From the NCBI GenBank assembly GCA_001778985.1, contig MFIU01000001.1, positions 126,001 through 190,000 of the forward strand: a stretch of DNA of 64,000 nucleotides, written 5' to 3'. The stretch is from Candidatus Giovannonibacteria bacterium RIFOXYD1_FULL_48_21. GTDB taxonomy: Bacteria > Patescibacteriota > Minisyncoccia > JACPKW01 > UBA11713. The translations under genes were made by a program, and so were the position numbers. The notes beneath the pieces were generated by a model, which ran no database searches, was not told the DNA's origin, and saw only the letters and a program-made list of their open reading frames with translations. This document shows, one piece after another, positions 9,802 to 20,059 of the stretch; the stretch's first letter is position 1, and the number at the start of each line of letters is the position of its first letter.

Positions 9802-10542
9802 ATGAAAGATTTCGGTCTTCTTAAGAATCAAGCTTTAAATCTAAGAAAAAAAGGGTTAAGTTATAGTGAAATCCGTAGTAAGATTAAAGTTTCAAAAAGC
9901 ACTTTAAGCATGTGGCTAAAGGGCGTGAAGCTGAAACCTGAACACCGAGCGAGATTATATACTAAGCAAATTCAAATACTTTCACGCGGCCCACAAAGCC
10001 AAAAGGAAAGGAGGGCGAGAGAAATTAAAGAAATTGTAAAAGAAGCAAGCAATGAGATTAAACTTCCCCTCTCGTCCGAAGCCCACCGTCTTATTGGGGT
10101 GGGGTTATACTGGGCGGAAGGATCGAAAGGCAAAATGTTTCAAATAACGAATTCTGACCCGTATTTAATTCTTTTCATGGTGCGGTGGATAGAAAAGATT
10201 TTTAGTATTTCTGTAGAAACTTTAAGAGCACGGCTGAATATTTACCCCCAGCAGGGCGATCTGAAAATTAAGAAATTCTGGTCGAATCTTACAGGGATTC
10301 CGTTGAAAAATTTTAAAAAAAGTTATATAAAGCCGCTTAGTACAGGATATAAGAAGAATAATCTTTATTATGGGACAATTAGGATCGAAGTTCCTAAAAG
10401 TGCCAACTTTGTTTGTAAAACGTTCGGATGGGTTCAAGGACTATTGGCGGATATTAAGCCGCAAGTTGATTTTGTTCAAAAGAAATGGCGTCATCTTTCA
10501 AAAGTGCCCCGGCCTGTGAATTTAAATCCCCCCATAGCTTAA
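9802..10542 (+). CDS. LAGLIDADG-like homing-endonuclease-fold protein with N-terminal HTH
   Basis: LIGVGLYWAEGSKG fits the single LAGLIDADG motif; N-terminus LRKKGLSYSEIRSKIKVSKSTLSMWLKG is HTH-like; start chosen at the second Met (ORF opens at 9724); the stop codon lies inside tRNA-Lys. Confidence 0.4.
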   Translation: MKDFGLLKNQALNLRKKGLSYSEIRSKIKVSKSTLSMWLKGVKLKPEHRARLYTKQIQILSRGPQSQKERRAREIKEIVKEASNEIKLPLSSEAHRLIGVGLYWAEGSKGKMFQITNSDPYLILFMVRWIEKIFSISVETLRARLNIYPQQGDLKIKKFWSNLTGIPLKNFKKSYIKPLSTGYKKNNLYYGTIRIEVPKSANFVCKTFGWVQGLLADIKPQVDFVQKKWRHLSKVPRPVNLNPPIA

Positions 10543-10599
10543 CGGTAAAGCACCCGCCTCTTAAGCGGTGAGTTCTAGGTTCAAATCCTAGTGGGGGGA
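10528..10599 (+). tRNA. tRNA-Lys (anticodon CTT)
   Basis: acceptor CCCCCCA/TGGGGGG, D-stem GCTT/AAGC, anticodon loop CTCTTAA, T-arm CTAGG-TTCAAAT-CCTAG. Confidence 0.65.
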
Positions 10600-10633
10600 C
10601 AAACAACAACATTCGGTGTAAAATATATACACC

Positions 10634-11749
10634 ATGGATGCCGAAAAATTACTCAGGATTCTCAACGATCTGCAAGAGGACGAAGAGAGGCTGAATATCA
10701 AAGGGAAAATAGATGAAATCCGTAATGACCTTGCCCAGAATAACCAAGCTGGATTTGATTCTGCAAAAACTAAATTCGCAGATTTCATTAAAGAAATCCA
10801 GGAGAATAGTATTTCCCAAACTTTTTCCAGAACGGAATCCCTGGCTTTAAAACAAATAAGTGGCGAGGAATATTTTGGTAATGGCCTTATAGCTCAACTT
10901 GAGAAAATTTTTTCTACTCCTGGTTTTGAACTTCCTAGTAAAATTAACGAATATCGCAGCGGACGAAATTCTTTTTTAGAGAAAGTGCAAGGCTTACGTG
11001 CGAGTCTCGAGAAAATTGGAATAGAAGAATATCGTCCAGAATCTTATGAAATTGGCATTGTAATACCGGAAGAAGAAGCTGATTTTGATAAAATTATTAG
11101 GAGAATTAAAGATTTTAAACTACTAATTGCTGGTCTTATAGAAGCGGCGGATTTTGATCTTAAAGGTGTTAAAATAACACGTCTTAATAACGGATCCCTG
11201 GAATTCTTTTCGCTTCAACCTGCAGAAGTAGCAGTTCTTTTAACTACTCTTCTCTTAAATGTCAGCACAATATGGGACAAAATAACTAAGTATCGAAAGA
11301 AGATAGAAGAAACTGAAAATACCGATTTATTAACTCCCGAGAGTAAAAAAGAAATGATAGAAATCTGGAATAGAGAATCAGGAAAAATGAAAAACGCGAT
11401 TTTAGAAGAACTGCCTGAAAGAATTCTCAAGGAATTCAAAAAAATTGAAGATGGTAGAAAAAATGAAATTAGAAATCAGATAAAGATTGGTATAAAAACA
11501 ATTTTTGCTTGGCTCGAAGTGGGAATTGAAATAGACATCACTCCCGTGCGTGTAGATAGTTCGGAAAATATGACAAAAAAGGAAATTACTCAAATAAAAT
11601 CCGTTCAGCAAACTAATGCTACATTACGAGAAATCTATAAATTACCGAAAGAACTAAAGAAGCTACCTTTTAAATTACCAGATATTTCAATACCAGAAGG
11701 GGAAACTCCTATCGGAAAGAGGAAGGGGAAGAGAAAAGCCCAAAAATAA
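10634..11749 (+). CDS. hypothetical protein, K/E-rich, predicted coiled-coil
   Basis: 371 aa, no recognisable catalytic motif. Confidence 0.4.
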   Translation: MDAEKLLRILNDLQEDEERLNIKGKIDEIRNDLAQNNQAGFDSAKTKFADFIKEIQENSISQTFSRTESLALKQISGEEYFGNGLIAQLEKIFSTPGFELPSKINEYRSGRNSFLEKVQGLRASLEKIGIEEYRPESYEIGIVIPEEEADFDKIIRRIKDFKLLIAGLIEAADFDLKGVKITRLNNGSLEFFSLQPAEVAVLLTTLLLNVSTIWDKITKYRKKIEETENTDLLTPESKKEMIEIWNRESGKMKNAILEELPERILKEFKKIEDGRKNEIRNQIKIGIKTIFAWLEVGIEIDITPVRVDSSENMTKKEITQIKSVQQTNATLREIYKLPKELKKLPFKLPDISIPEGETPIGKRKGKRKAQK

Positions 11750-11874
11750 ATTTTGGTCCCGTATCATCTTTGCCTAACGGCGGGTAGGCTCGCCGCCTAC
11801 GGCGCGAAATGCGTTAGAACTATTTCAATAATACTGGACCAATTTGAATCACATAAGGAAGAAGCGGGTTGGTT

Positions 11875-12492
11875 TTATTTCTTTTTCCAGGAGCGGAACT
11901 TCGGGTCGCGGGTTCTGAACCACTTATCTTTTTCATCGAACCACCAATGATCGGGATGAGTTTTCATTAGGAGTTTTGCTATTTCTTTTGCGGCTGGTGT
12001 CTTGAGACGAACCACCACGCCTTTTATCCAAGATTCTGCTTTATTATTTCCTTTTTCAATTTCTTGCCGTAACGTTGCTATCCACTCCAGCTGATCCGCG
12101 TCCTTAGCTATTTTCGCTTCGAGTGTTTTTCGCTCCCGCTCTTCCCTGAAAGCTTCTTGAATATCTTTTCCAAACGGCAGACTCTTTGCGATATCCGCTA
12201 TGGCTTCCGCTTCTGCCAGGCGACCGTAGCGCTGGTGCACGTAATTAAGATCCGAAGTTCTGGATTCTCCTAAATCATGAGCTAGGCATAAAAAAATTAC
12301 TCTGTCTTTATCCGCTTTTGGCGTAAGTCTGGCAAGAATGTATCCGATAATAGCAGTGCGGAACAAATGCTCGGCTACGGATTGTTTTCCAGTTCCGAGG
12401 AACCATAAGCCAGAGCGGGGCGTCCGTTCCAAAATACCAACTTCGTAGATAAAATCAACGATTGAATTCCAGTCTTTTTTCCTGAGTTCCAT
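11875..12492 (-). CDS. HD-domain phosphohydrolase (YfbR-like 5'-deoxynucleotidase family)
   Basis: H...HD motif (CLAHDLGESRTSDL) and overall YfbR-like layout. Confidence 0.65.
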   Translation of the reverse strand: MELRKKDWNSIVDFIYEVGILERTPRSGLWFLGTGKQSVAEHLFRTAIIGYILARLTPKADKDRVIFLCLAHDLGESRTSDLNYVHQRYGRLAEAEAIADIAKSLPFGKDIQEAFREERERKTLEAKIAKDADQLEWIATLRQEIEKGNNKAESWIKGVVVRLKTPAAKEIAKLLMKTHPDHWWFDEKDKWFRTRDPKFRSWKKK

Positions 12493-12501
12493 GCCGATAT
12501 T

Positions 12502-12759
12502 CTAACGCGACTTGTGCAAAATGGCGAGAATTAGAACCGACCATGAACCGACTACTCCGAGGATAAAGCTTATCATTATTGTGAAATTGTTCAGATAAAT
12601 TCCGTAAATAAACCAAGCCAACGTCCCCAGACTAAAAATTATGAAAGAGGGGATTGATATATCGTCAGCAGATTTTGTTTTGAAGATCTTATAGGCTTGA
12701 GGATAGTAGCCTAATGACATCAGTATCCCCATAACAACTGCAAATATTTCTATTAACAT
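12502..12759 (-). CDS. PQ-loop/SemiSWEET-family small transporter
   Basis: 85 aa, three TM helices, PQ motif in TM1 (YYPQAYKIFKTKSADDIS). Confidence 0.55.
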   Translation of the reverse strand: MLIEIFAVVMGILMSLGYYPQAYKIFKTKSADDISIPSFIIFSLGTLAWFIYGIYLNNFTIMISFILGVVGSWSVLILAILHKSR

Positions 12760-12760
12760 T

Positions 12761-12961
12761 TTATTTAGGCTTGTAATTCAAATGTTTTCCTTTCTTCAGG
12801 CAATCGGTGCAGATTTTTATTCTTCCTCCTTGAGGCAAGTGGCCCCACTGGAGGTTGGGATATTTTCTTGTTTTTTTGGTGGGGTTGTATTTTCCGCGGA
12901 GCAAAACCCGGGTCGTCGACATCTGGGAGCCTTTTTTGCAGAGGGGGCAAACTTTAGCCAT
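12761..12961 (-). CDS. rpmB: 50S ribosomal protein L28
   Basis: MAKVCPLCKKG...PNLQW...ICTDCLK: L28 signature (PNLQ) and C4 zinc ribbon; alternative upstream Met at 12970. Confidence 0.7.
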   Translation of the reverse strand: MAKVCPLCKKGSQMSTTRVLLRGKYNPTKKTRKYPNLQWGHLPQGGRIKICTDCLKKGKHLNYKPK

Positions 12962-12975
12962 AATGGGCATTATAT

Positions 12976-13578
12976 ATGCTTGATTTAATTTTTTCAATCG
13001 CGGTTCTGATTATGTCCGTGGTGATTCATGAAGTCTCTCACGGCGCCTTGGCCAATCTGCTCGGCGACCAGACGGCTAAAGATGCCGGACGCCTGACCTT
13101 AAATCCTCTAAAACATCTGGACCCTTTCGGCTCGGTGCTTCTGCCTTTTATTACTTATCTCTTAGGCGGCTTTATCATCGGCTGGGCCAAACCCGTTCCG
13201 TATAATCCTTATAATCTTTCCAACCAGCGCTGGGGTCCGGCTTTGGTGGGCGCGGCCGGCCCGGGTTCGAATATTTTAATTGCTCTCGCCTTCTCTCTGG
13301 TTGTGCGGAGTTTAGATGGCGCTCTGCCGGCCTCCCTCGCCGAAATCTTAACTACTATTATACTAATCAACATCCTGCTCGCGATTTTTAACCTCGTGCC
13401 GATTCCGCCCTTGGACGGTTCCAAAGTTTTATTCGCTCTTCTGCCCGCCAGTTTTTATCGCCTCCAGGGCTTTCTGGAAGAGTATGGTTTTTTCCTTTTG
13501 CTGATATTCATCTTTCTTCTCTGGCGCTGGCTTTTGCCGCTCGTGTTCTTTATCTTCAGAATTTTCGTCGGGGCTTGA
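12976..13578 (+). CDS. site-2 protease (M50) family membrane metalloprotease, short form
   Basis: HEVSHG (HExxH) in TM1 and NLVPIPPLDGSKV (LDG motif). Confidence 0.7.
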   Translation: MLDLIFSIAVLIMSVVIHEVSHGALANLLGDQTAKDAGRLTLNPLKHLDPFGSVLLPFITYLLGGFIIGWAKPVPYNPYNLSNQRWGPALVGAAGPGSNILIALAFSLVVRSLDGALPASLAEILTTIILINILLAIFNLVPIPPLDGSKVLFALLPASFYRLQGFLEEYGFFLLLIFIFLLWRWLLPLVFFIFRIFVGA

Positions 13579-13592
13579 CCCGCCAAGGCGGG

Positions 13593-13621
13593 TTGACTCT
13601 TAATTTTATTTCTGCTAAAAT
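13593..13621 (+). promoter_or_regulatory. sigma70-like promoter for rpsL-rpsG-fusA
   Basis: TTGACT - 17 nt - TAAAAT; the -10 ends only 9 nt before the rpsL GTG start (near-leaderless). Confidence 0.45.
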
Positions 13622-13630
13622 TTTTGCATT

Positions 13631-14053
13631 GTGCCTACGATTCAGCAATTAATAAAAAAGGGGCGAAAGCCCATCCATAAAAAATCCAAAGCCGTGGCCC
13701 TGGCCAGGGGTTTTAATCTTTTGAAAAACCGCCCGGTTTTATACCCCTCGCCCTTCAAGCGCGGAGTTTGCCTAAAAGTTTTTACCACCACGCCCAAAAA
13801 GCCGAACTCGGCCTTGCGCAAAGTCGCGCGGGTCCGGCTTACGAACGGCATGGAGGTTACGGCCTACATCCCCGGCGAAGGCCACAATCTTCAGGAGCAC
13901 TCCGTGGTCATGATTCGGGGCGGAAGGGTGAAAGATTTGCCGGGGGTTCGCTACCACATTGTCCGCGGGGTTTTAGACACCGGGGGCGTGGAAAATAGAA
14001 AACAGCAAAGAAGTAAATACGGCACCAAACAGCCGCAAGAGAAAAATGCGTAG
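13631..14053 (+). CDS. rpsL: 30S ribosomal protein S12
   Basis: [12 protein letters not shown]...[19 protein letters not shown]. Confidence 0.95.
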   Translation: MPTIQQLIKKGRKPIHKKSKAVALARGFNLLKNRPVLYPSPFKRGVCLKVFTTTPKKPNSALRKVARVRLTNGMEVTAYIPGEGHNLQEHSVVMIRGGRVKDLPGVRYHIVRGVLDTGGVENRKQQRSKYGTKQPQEKNA

Positions 14054-14516
14054 GAAAGCCAGGAGAAAATTTTCCAGAAGTCCTGACCCGTTGTACCAAT
14101 CCAAGCTGGTCGAACAGCTGACGAATTACGTGATGCATGACGGCAAAAAAGCCACGGCCCGAAAAGTGGTCTGGGGCGCTTTTGAAATTTTAAAAACAAA
14201 AACCAAAAACAGCGAGCCGCTTAGAGTTTTGGAAGAAGCGGTGAAAAACGCCTCGCCGGTTTTGGAAGTTCGCTCCCGACGGGTCGGCGGCGCCACTTAC
14301 CAGGTGCCGCGGGAAGTTCGGCCGGAGCGGAGAGTGACTTTGGCCTTTCGCTGGATTATCGGAGCGGCGCGCGCCAAAAAAGGAAAGCCTATGGCTGAAA
14401 AATTATCAGAAGAAATCTTGGCGGCCTCCAAGAACGAAGGCGCGGCCATTAAGAAAAAAGAAGACACCCATAAGATGGCCGAGGCCAACCGCGCCTTCGC
14501 CCACTTCGCCTGGTAA
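14046..14516 (+). CDS. rpsG: 30S ribosomal protein S7
   Basis: [35 protein letters not shown]. Confidence 0.95.
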   Translation: MRRKARRKFSRSPDPLYQSKLVEQLTNYVMHDGKKATARKVVWGAFEILKTKTKNSEPLRVLEEAVKNASPVLEVRSRRVGGATYQVPREVRPERRVTLAFRWIIGAARAKKGKPMAEKLSEEILAASKNEGAAIKKKEDTHKMAEANRAFAHFAW

Positions 14517-14519
14517 TTT

Positions 14520-16613
14520 ATGCCTAGAGGTTATCCTATTGAGCGAACTCGGGATATCGGCATTATTGCCCACATTGACGCCGGAAAAACCACGGTTTCC
14601 GAGCGGATTTTATTTTACACCGGGGTTTCGCACAAAATCGGTGAGGTGCATGAGGGCGAGGCGATTATGGACTGGATGGAGCAGGAGCGGGAGCGCGGGA
14701 TTACTATTACCGCCGCGGCCACGACCTGCTTTTGGACGCCGACCCACGGCGGGAGCGAAGAGCATCGCATCAATATTATCGATACTCCCGGCCACATTGA
14801 TTTCACGGTGGAGGTTCAGCGCTCTTTGAGAGTTTTGGACGGCGGGGTGGTGGTTTTTGACGGGGTGGCCGGAGTGGAGCCCCAGTCGGAAACCGTCTGG
14901 CGGCAAGCCGATAAATATAAAGTTCCCAGAATCTGTTTCATCAACAAACTTGACCGCTTGGGCGCTTCTTTTGAAAATTCATTGAAGTCCATTCAAGAAA
15001 GATTGACGCCGAACGCCGTGCCGGTGACTATTCCCATCGGGCTCGAATCCAATTTTGAAGGGATAATCGACCTTTTCAGAAGTAAGGCGATTTATTTCGA
15101 AGGCGAGCACGGCGAGAAAATGGCGGAAAAAGAAATCCCGGACCAGATGAAAGCCCAAGCTGAAAAGTGGCGGCATAATTTAATTGAGAAGATTTCCGAG
15201 ACCGAGGACGAGCTCACCCAGATGTATTTGGAAGGGAGGGAAGTTCCGGTTGAGAGGTTGCGCCAAGCTCTTAGAAAAGCTTCTCTTTCCTATCAGTTGG
15301 TTCCGGTTTTCTGCGGCTCGGCCCTCAAGAACAAGGGCGTGCAGCTTTTGCTCGACGGCGTGGTTGATTATCTTCCTAGTCCGGCTGACCTGCCGCCGGT
15401 CAAAGGTCTCGATCCAAAAACCGGGGAAGAAATTTCCCGCGAACCGTCTGACGCCGCGCCTTTCGCGGCCCTGGCTTTCAAACTTCAGTCTGACCCTTAC
15501 GTTGGCCAGCTGACTTTTTTTAGAGTCTATTCCGGAATGCTAAAGGCCGGTTCCTACGTTCTTAATTCCGCTACCGGGGACCAGGAACGGGTGGGACGGA
15601 TTTTAAGACTGCACGCCAACCATCGCGAAGAGGTCAAAGAAATTTTTGCGGGGGAGATTGGGGCGGCGGTCGGACTTAAGAACACAAAAACTGGCGATAC
15701 GCTTTCTGATCCGGAAGAGCCCATTCGGCTCGAGAAAATTGAATTTCCCGAGCCGGTAGTCGCGATGCGGATTGAACCCAAAACCAAACAGGACCAGGAG
15801 CGGATGGGCCTGGCCTTGAAGAGGCTTTCCGAAGAAGACCCGACCTTTAGAATAAAATCCGACGAAGAAACTTTGGAAACCATCATCTCCGGCATGGGCG
15901 AATTGCACCTGGAGATTATCGTGGACCGGATGAAAAGAGAATTTAAGGTGGAGGCCAACGTGGGCCGGCCCCAGGTGGCCTATAAAGAGACCATAAGAAA
16001 CACCGCTGAGGCCGAAGGAAAATATATCCGGCAGTCGGGCGGCCGGGGGCAGTACGGCCACGTTTGGCTTAGAGTTGAACCCCAAGAGAGGGGAGCGGGC
16101 TACGAATTCGAAAACGCGATTCGCGGCGGAGTGATTCCGCAGGAGTTCGTGCCGGCGGCGGAGAAAGGAGTTAAAGAAGGTTTAGAAAAAGGAGTAGTCG
16201 CGGGTTATCCCTTGGTTGACATTAAGGTCACGCTTTACGACGGCTCATACCATGAAGTGGACTCTTCGGAGATCGCGTTCAAAATCGCTTCCTCCATCGC
16301 TCTGCAGGAGGCCGCTAAAAGAGCCAAGCCGGTTTTGCTCGAACCCGTCATGAAAGTCGAGGTGATAGTTCCGGATAAATTCATGGGCGACGTGACCGGC
16401 GACCTCAATTCCAAGCGCGCCCGGATTGAACAGATTTCCGACCGCGCAAATCTGAAAGTGATTGACGCCAAAGTGCCCCTTTCCGAAATGTTCGGCTACG
16501 TGACTAAACTTCGGAGCATTACCGAGGGGCGAGCTTCCTATACTATGGAATTCGACCATTACGAAGAAGTCCCGGCCAATATCGCGGAGTTGATTAAAGA
16601 GGGGAAGAAATAA
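14520..16613 (+). CDS. fusA: elongation factor G
   Basis: [21 protein letters not shown], full 697-aa EF-G. Confidence 0.95.
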   Translation: MPRGYPIERTRDIGIIAHIDAGKTTVSERILFYTGVSHKIGEVHEGEAIMDWMEQERERGITITAAATTCFWTPTHGGSEEHRINIIDTPGHIDFTVEVQRSLRVLDGGVVVFDGVAGVEPQSETVWRQADKYKVPRICFINKLDRLGASFENSLKSIQERLTPNAVPVTIPIGLESNFEGIIDLFRSKAIYFEGEHGEKMAEKEIPDQMKAQAEKWRHNLIEKISETEDELTQMYLEGREVPVERLRQALRKASLSYQLVPVFCGSALKNKGVQLLLDGVVDYLPSPADLPPVKGLDPKTGEEISREPSDAAPFAALAFKLQSDPYVGQLTFFRVYSGMLKAGSYVLNSATGDQERVGRILRLHANHREEVKEIFAGEIGAAVGLKNTKTGDTLSDPEEPIRLEKIEFPEPVVAMRIEPKTKQDQERMGLALKRLSEEDPTFRIKSDEETLETIISGMGELHLEIIVDRMKREFKVEANVGRPQVAYKETIRNTAEAEGKYIRQSGGRGQYGHVWLRVEPQERGAGYEFENAIRGGVIPQEFVPAAEKGVKEGLEKGVVAGYPLVDIKVTLYDGSYHEVDSSEIAFKIASSIALQEAAKRAKPVLLEPVMKVEVIVPDKFMGDVTGDLNSKRARIEQISDRANLKVIDAKVPLSEMFGYVTKLRSITEGRASYTMEFDHYEEVPANIAELIKEGKK

Positions 16614-16622
16614 AAGTCGCTC

Positions 16623-16742
16623 GCTAGTTCCGCTTGAGACACAAATGCCGGCCAGCGCCGGCATTTTCTGGGATTGCTCGCGACTCCGATAACCATCGGA
16701 GACCGTGCTCGCTCGCAATCTATGGTCTCAAACGAAACTAGC
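16623..16742. repeat. nested inverted-repeat structure downstream of fusA
   Basis: outer IR GCTAGTTCCGCTTGAGAC / GTCTCAAACGAAACTAGC encloses a terminator hairpin and a second hairpin CTCCGAT-AACC-ATCGGAG. Confidence 0.35.
16643..16667 (+). terminator. rho-independent terminator after fusA
   Basis: AAATGCCGGC-CAGC-GCCGGCATTT followed by TTTTCT. Confidence 0.5.
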
Positions 16743-16810
16743 TCACTGGGCAGAAACGCCCTTTTTTATTTTTAGCGGATTTGCTATGCTTTTTTTAAAA
16801 GAGGTGTTCT

Positions 16811-17239
16811 ATGATTAGATCATTTTTCGCGCATCTTGCGGCAATGTCGCCCAAAGATTTCTGGTTGGGTATGGTCGGAATATTGGGTCTCGGTGGATTC
16901 GTCATTATGGCCGTCACCGATGTCCTGAAAGAGTTTAAAAAGAAGATCGCCGCTGGTAGGTGGGACGTGAAGCCGAGTATGGTGGTCTACGGTCCAGATC
17001 GCGAAGTGAAAGCGAAGTATTTCGAGGCCGACGAGGCCACCGCGGGATACATCCCAGTTTTCCTGCTCGTCAAGATAGTGTTCGTTCTTTCGCTGGTATC
17101 TCTCATCACGGATTACTTCTACGGTATCGGTTTTCCGTTTCACCCGGTCTTCGCCGTCATCATGTTCTTTTTCTGCGGCGCCGTTCTCGTATTTATGTTT
17201 TTTGTAAACCGTTTCGAACGCAAACACACTACCGCGTAA
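16811..17239 (+). CDS. hypothetical membrane protein
   Basis: 142 aa, 3 TM helices; sits between fusA and tuf. Confidence 0.4.
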   Translation: MIRSFFAHLAAMSPKDFWLGMVGILGLGGFVIMAVTDVLKEFKKKIAAGRWDVKPSMVVYGPDREVKAKYFEADEATAGYIPVFLLVKIVFVLSLVSLITDYFYGIGFPFHPVFAVIMFFFCGAVLVFMFFVNRFERKHTTA

Positions 17240-17247
17240 AGCGCTGA

Positions 17248-17290
17248 AAGGGCACGTCCACTTCTTATGGAAACGGCCCTTTTTTGTTTT
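17248..17290. terminator. putative bidirectional terminator
   Basis: AAAGGGC...GCCCTTTTTTGTTTT between convergent genes. Confidence 0.4.
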
Positions 17291-17504
17291 AGAGAAGTTT
17301 TTTAAATTCGCCGTCGGTGAGTCCAGCGTCACGGATTATTCCCTTCAAGGTATAAGGATTCAATCTGCTATGTCTGGGAATGGTAATTTTCCTAGTTCCG
17401 TTTGTCATACCGATATGTTTCCTTCCCTGGGTTTTTGAAATCCAAAAACCAGCCTTTGTAAAAGCCTTGACGGCCAGATGAGAGGAGATGTCGGTGAAAA
17501 GCAT
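17289..17504 (-). CDS. hicA: HicA-family toxin (mRNA interferase)
   Basis: SSHLAVKAFTKAGFW...TNGTRKITIPRHS...LKGIIRDAGL typical HicA. Confidence 0.75.
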   Translation of the reverse strand: MLFTDISSHLAVKAFTKAGFWISKTQGRKHIGMTNGTRKITIPRHSRLNPYTLKGIIRDAGLTDGEFKKLL

Positions 17505-17704
17505 TATGCCAAGGCGACTTCCACCTCTCGCACTTCGGCTCCTTTGAGTTCTGCTTTCCCCATCTCTAGATAGGTAAAGATAGCGTCTTTTATATTATCG
17601 AGTGCCTCTTTTTGAGTTTCGCCTTGACTATGGCATCCCGGCAGGGCTGGAACGTGAATATCATAACCATATTTCGTTTTGCGAAGGATAACGGAGTATT
17701 TCAT
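17504..17704 (-). CDS. hicB: HicB-family antitoxin (UPF0150)
   Basis: KYGYDIHVPALPGCHSQGETQKEALDNIKDAI; 1-nt overlap with hicA. Confidence 0.75.
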   Translation of the reverse strand: MKYSVILRKTKYGYDIHVPALPGCHSQGETQKEALDNIKDAIFTYLEMGKAELKGAEVREVEVALA

Positions 17705-17822
17705 GCCTTAAGTATAGCACGGATATGTTGGGTTTCCAAGGGTATTGACGTTTTTTTATGCTTCGATTACCATATTAAATACACTTACAATTTAGTGGTT
17801 ATCGGTTAATTTTTTTGTTTTT

Positions 17823-19013
17823 ATGGCTAAATTTGAGAGGACCAAGCCCCACCTGAACGTGGGCACTATCGGACACGTTGACCACGGCAAAACTTCGCTG
17901 ACCGCGGCTATTTTGCATGTTATGAACCTGGCCGGAAAAAAGGTGAAGCTGGAGTCCGTGGACCAGATTGACAACGCTCCGGAAGAGCGCCAGCGCGGCA
18001 TCACCATTGCCCTTCATCACTCGGAGTACGAGACTGACAAGCGCCATTACGCCCACATCGACGCTCCGGGGCACGCGGACTACATTAAGAATATGATTAC
18101 CGGCGCGGCGCAGATGGATGGTGCCATTCTGGTGGTTTCAGCCTCCGACGGCCCCATGCCCCAGACTCGAGAGCACATTTTGCTCGCGCGCCAGGTAGGC
18201 GTTCCGGTGATTATCGTTTTTTTGAATAAAGTTGACACGGTGGATGACAAGGAATTGGTGGACTTGGTGGAAACCGAAGTGCGGGAACTTCTCAATAAAT
18301 ATGAATATCCCGGCGAGAAGACTCCGATTATCCGCGGCTCGGCGATGAAAGCGCTCGAAGCCAAATCGGCCGAGGACGAATGGGCCAAGCCGATTTTGGA
18401 ACTCATGAAAACTTTGGATGAATACATTCCGGAGCCGGTTCGGGAAATCGACAAACCTTTCTTGATGCCGATTGAAGACGTCTTCTCGATTGAAGGCCGA
18501 GGCACGGTGGTGACCGGACGCGCGGAGCGTGGCAAAATTAAGCTGAACGACGAGGTTGAAATTGTGGGACTGAAACCCACCCAAAAAACCATCGTAACCG
18601 GCATTGAGATGTTCAATAAACAGCTGGACGAGGGCCTGGCCGGAGACAACGCCGGAATTCTTTTGCGCGGCGTTAAAAAAGAGGACGTGGAACGCGGCCA
18701 GGTGATAGCCAAACCAGGTTCGATTACCCCCCATACGGATTTCGAATCTGAGGTTTACATCCTGACCAAAGAGGAGGGAGGCAGGCATACTCCCTTTTTT
18801 ACCGGCTATAAACCCCAGTTTTATATCCGCACCACGGACGTGACCGGCGAGGTGACGCTGGCCGAGGGGATTGAAATGGTCATGCCCGGCGATACGATTC
18901 AGTTCACAGTGAAACTGATTGCGCCGGTGGCGCTCGAAGAGAAACAGCGCTTCGCGATCCGCGAGGGCGGCAAGACCGTGGGAGCCGGGGTGGTGACCAA
19001 AATTATCAAATAA
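17823..19013 (+). CDS. tuf: elongation factor Tu
   Basis: [26 protein letters not shown]. Confidence 0.95.
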   Translation: MAKFERTKPHLNVGTIGHVDHGKTSLTAAILHVMNLAGKKVKLESVDQIDNAPEERQRGITIALHHSEYETDKRHYAHIDAPGHADYIKNMITGAAQMDGAILVVSASDGPMPQTREHILLARQVGVPVIIVFLNKVDTVDDKELVDLVETEVRELLNKYEYPGEKTPIIRGSAMKALEAKSAEDEWAKPILELMKTLDEYIPEPVREIDKPFLMPIEDVFSIEGRGTVVTGRAERGKIKLNDEVEIVGLKPTQKTIVTGIEMFNKQLDEGLAGDNAGILLRGVKKEDVERGQVIAKPGSITPHTDFESEVYILTKEEGGRHTPFFTGYKPQFYIRTTDVTGEVTLAEGIEMVMPGDTIQFTVKLIAPVALEEKQRFAIREGGKTVGAGVVTKIIK

Positions 19014-19081
19014 GTAACCCCGACGCCTTTGGGTCGTGGTCCCGACCGAAGCGTCGGGATTGACAAAACAATAAATAAATA

Positions 19082-19420
19082 ATGGCCAAGCCTTCCAAAA
19101 GTGAAACTGAAGAGCTCCAGAAGCTTAGAATCCGCGTCCGCGGATACGACCATAAGATTTTGGATTCTTCGGTGAAGCAGATTGTGGACACGGCGCTCCG
19201 CTACGGGGGAGAGGTGGTCGGTCCGGTGCCCCTGCCGACCGAAATCAGGAAATACACCGTCAACCGCTCCACCTTCGTTCATAAAAACGCCCGGGAGCAG
19301 TTTGAGATGCGGATTCACAAGCGGCTTTTGGACATCATTCAGGTAACGCCAAAAATTATTGACGCTCTGACCAATCTTAACCTGCCGGCCGGAGTGGACA
19401 TTGAAGTGAAAATGATTTAG
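19082..19420 (+). CDS. rpsJ: 30S ribosomal protein S10
   Basis: [20 protein letters not shown]... Confidence 0.95.
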   Translation: MAKPSKSETEELQKLRIRVRGYDHKILDSSVKQIVDTALRYGGEVVGPVPLPTEIRKYTVNRSTFVHKNAREQFEMRIHKRLLDIIQVTPKIIDALTNLNLPAGVDIEVKMI

Positions 19421-19477
19421 CGGGTTTATCTCTCGGGAGAGAGTTCTGCCCCGGAAGGGGCATTTTGTTTAAGAAAT

Positions 19478-20053
19478 ATGAAATATATGCTGGCTCAAAA
19501 AATTCAGATGTCCCAAATATTTGATGAAGCCGGGAACGTAATTCCGGTGACGATTTTGCGCGCTAAGCCGGTTATAGTGACCCAAGTCAAAACCAAGGAA
19601 CGGGACCGCTACGAAGCCGTGCAGGTTGGCCTCGGAGAAAAGAAGAAGAAGGGCTCGAGCTCTTTTCGCTGGCTGCGGGAATTTCCGATAAGTCCGGCGG
19701 ACTTGAAGCTTGGCGACAAGATCGAGCTCACTATTTTTAAGGAAGGCGAGCCGGTTCAGATACGCGGCGTTTCCAAAGGCAAGGGTTTTCAGGGCGTGGT
19801 CAAGCGCCATGGTTTTCACGGCGGCCCCAGAACCCACGGCCAGAAACACTCCGAGCGCGAACCCGGCTCAATCGGCGCCACCTGGCCCCAGCGGGTTTTA
19901 AAGGGAAAGAAAATGGCCGGTCGGATGGGAGGAGAGCGGGTTACAATTAAAAATTCCCAAATCGTTAAAATTGAGCCTGATAAAAATCTTTTGTACGTGA
20001 AGGGGGCGGTGCCTGGGGCGCGGGGCAGTTTAATCCAAGTCGGCTCTGAATAA
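19478..20053 (+). CDS. rplC: 50S ribosomal protein L3
   Basis: MLAQKIQMSQIFDEAGNVIPVT...; the start may be 9 nt downstream. Confidence 0.9.
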   Translation: MKYMLAQKIQMSQIFDEAGNVIPVTILRAKPVIVTQVKTKERDRYEAVQVGLGEKKKKGSSSFRWLREFPISPADLKLGDKIELTIFKEGEPVQIRGVSKGKGFQGVVKRHGFHGGPRTHGQKHSEREPGSIGATWPQRVLKGKKMAGRMGGERVTIKNSQIVKIEPDKNLLYVKGAVPGARGSLIQVGSE

Positions 20054-20059
20054 TAAAAT

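Noticed and set aside
11750-11850. Possible tRNA or structured RNA after the 371-aa hypothetical gene (GCCTAACGGCGGGTAGGCTCGCCGCC...)
   Set aside because: Only a single CGGCG...CGCCG hairpin could be folded. No acceptor, T-arm or anticodon arrangement was found on either strand; probably a weak terminator.
15554-16085. Long antisense ORFs inside fusA (similar ones occur inside tuf 18080-18788, clp 7273-8770 and ileS 57279-59992)
   Set aside because: They lie wholly inside strongly supported conserved genes on the opposite strand. They are compositionally biased (Ser/Arg/Pro-rich), typical of antisense frames in GC-skewed coding DNA.
19020-19081. Possible promoter (ATTGACA) and L4-type attenuator hairpin upstream of rpsJ
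   Set aside because: No -10 hexamer at appropriate spacing. The hairpin is a plausible tuf terminator, but no S10-leader-like structure could be established by eye.
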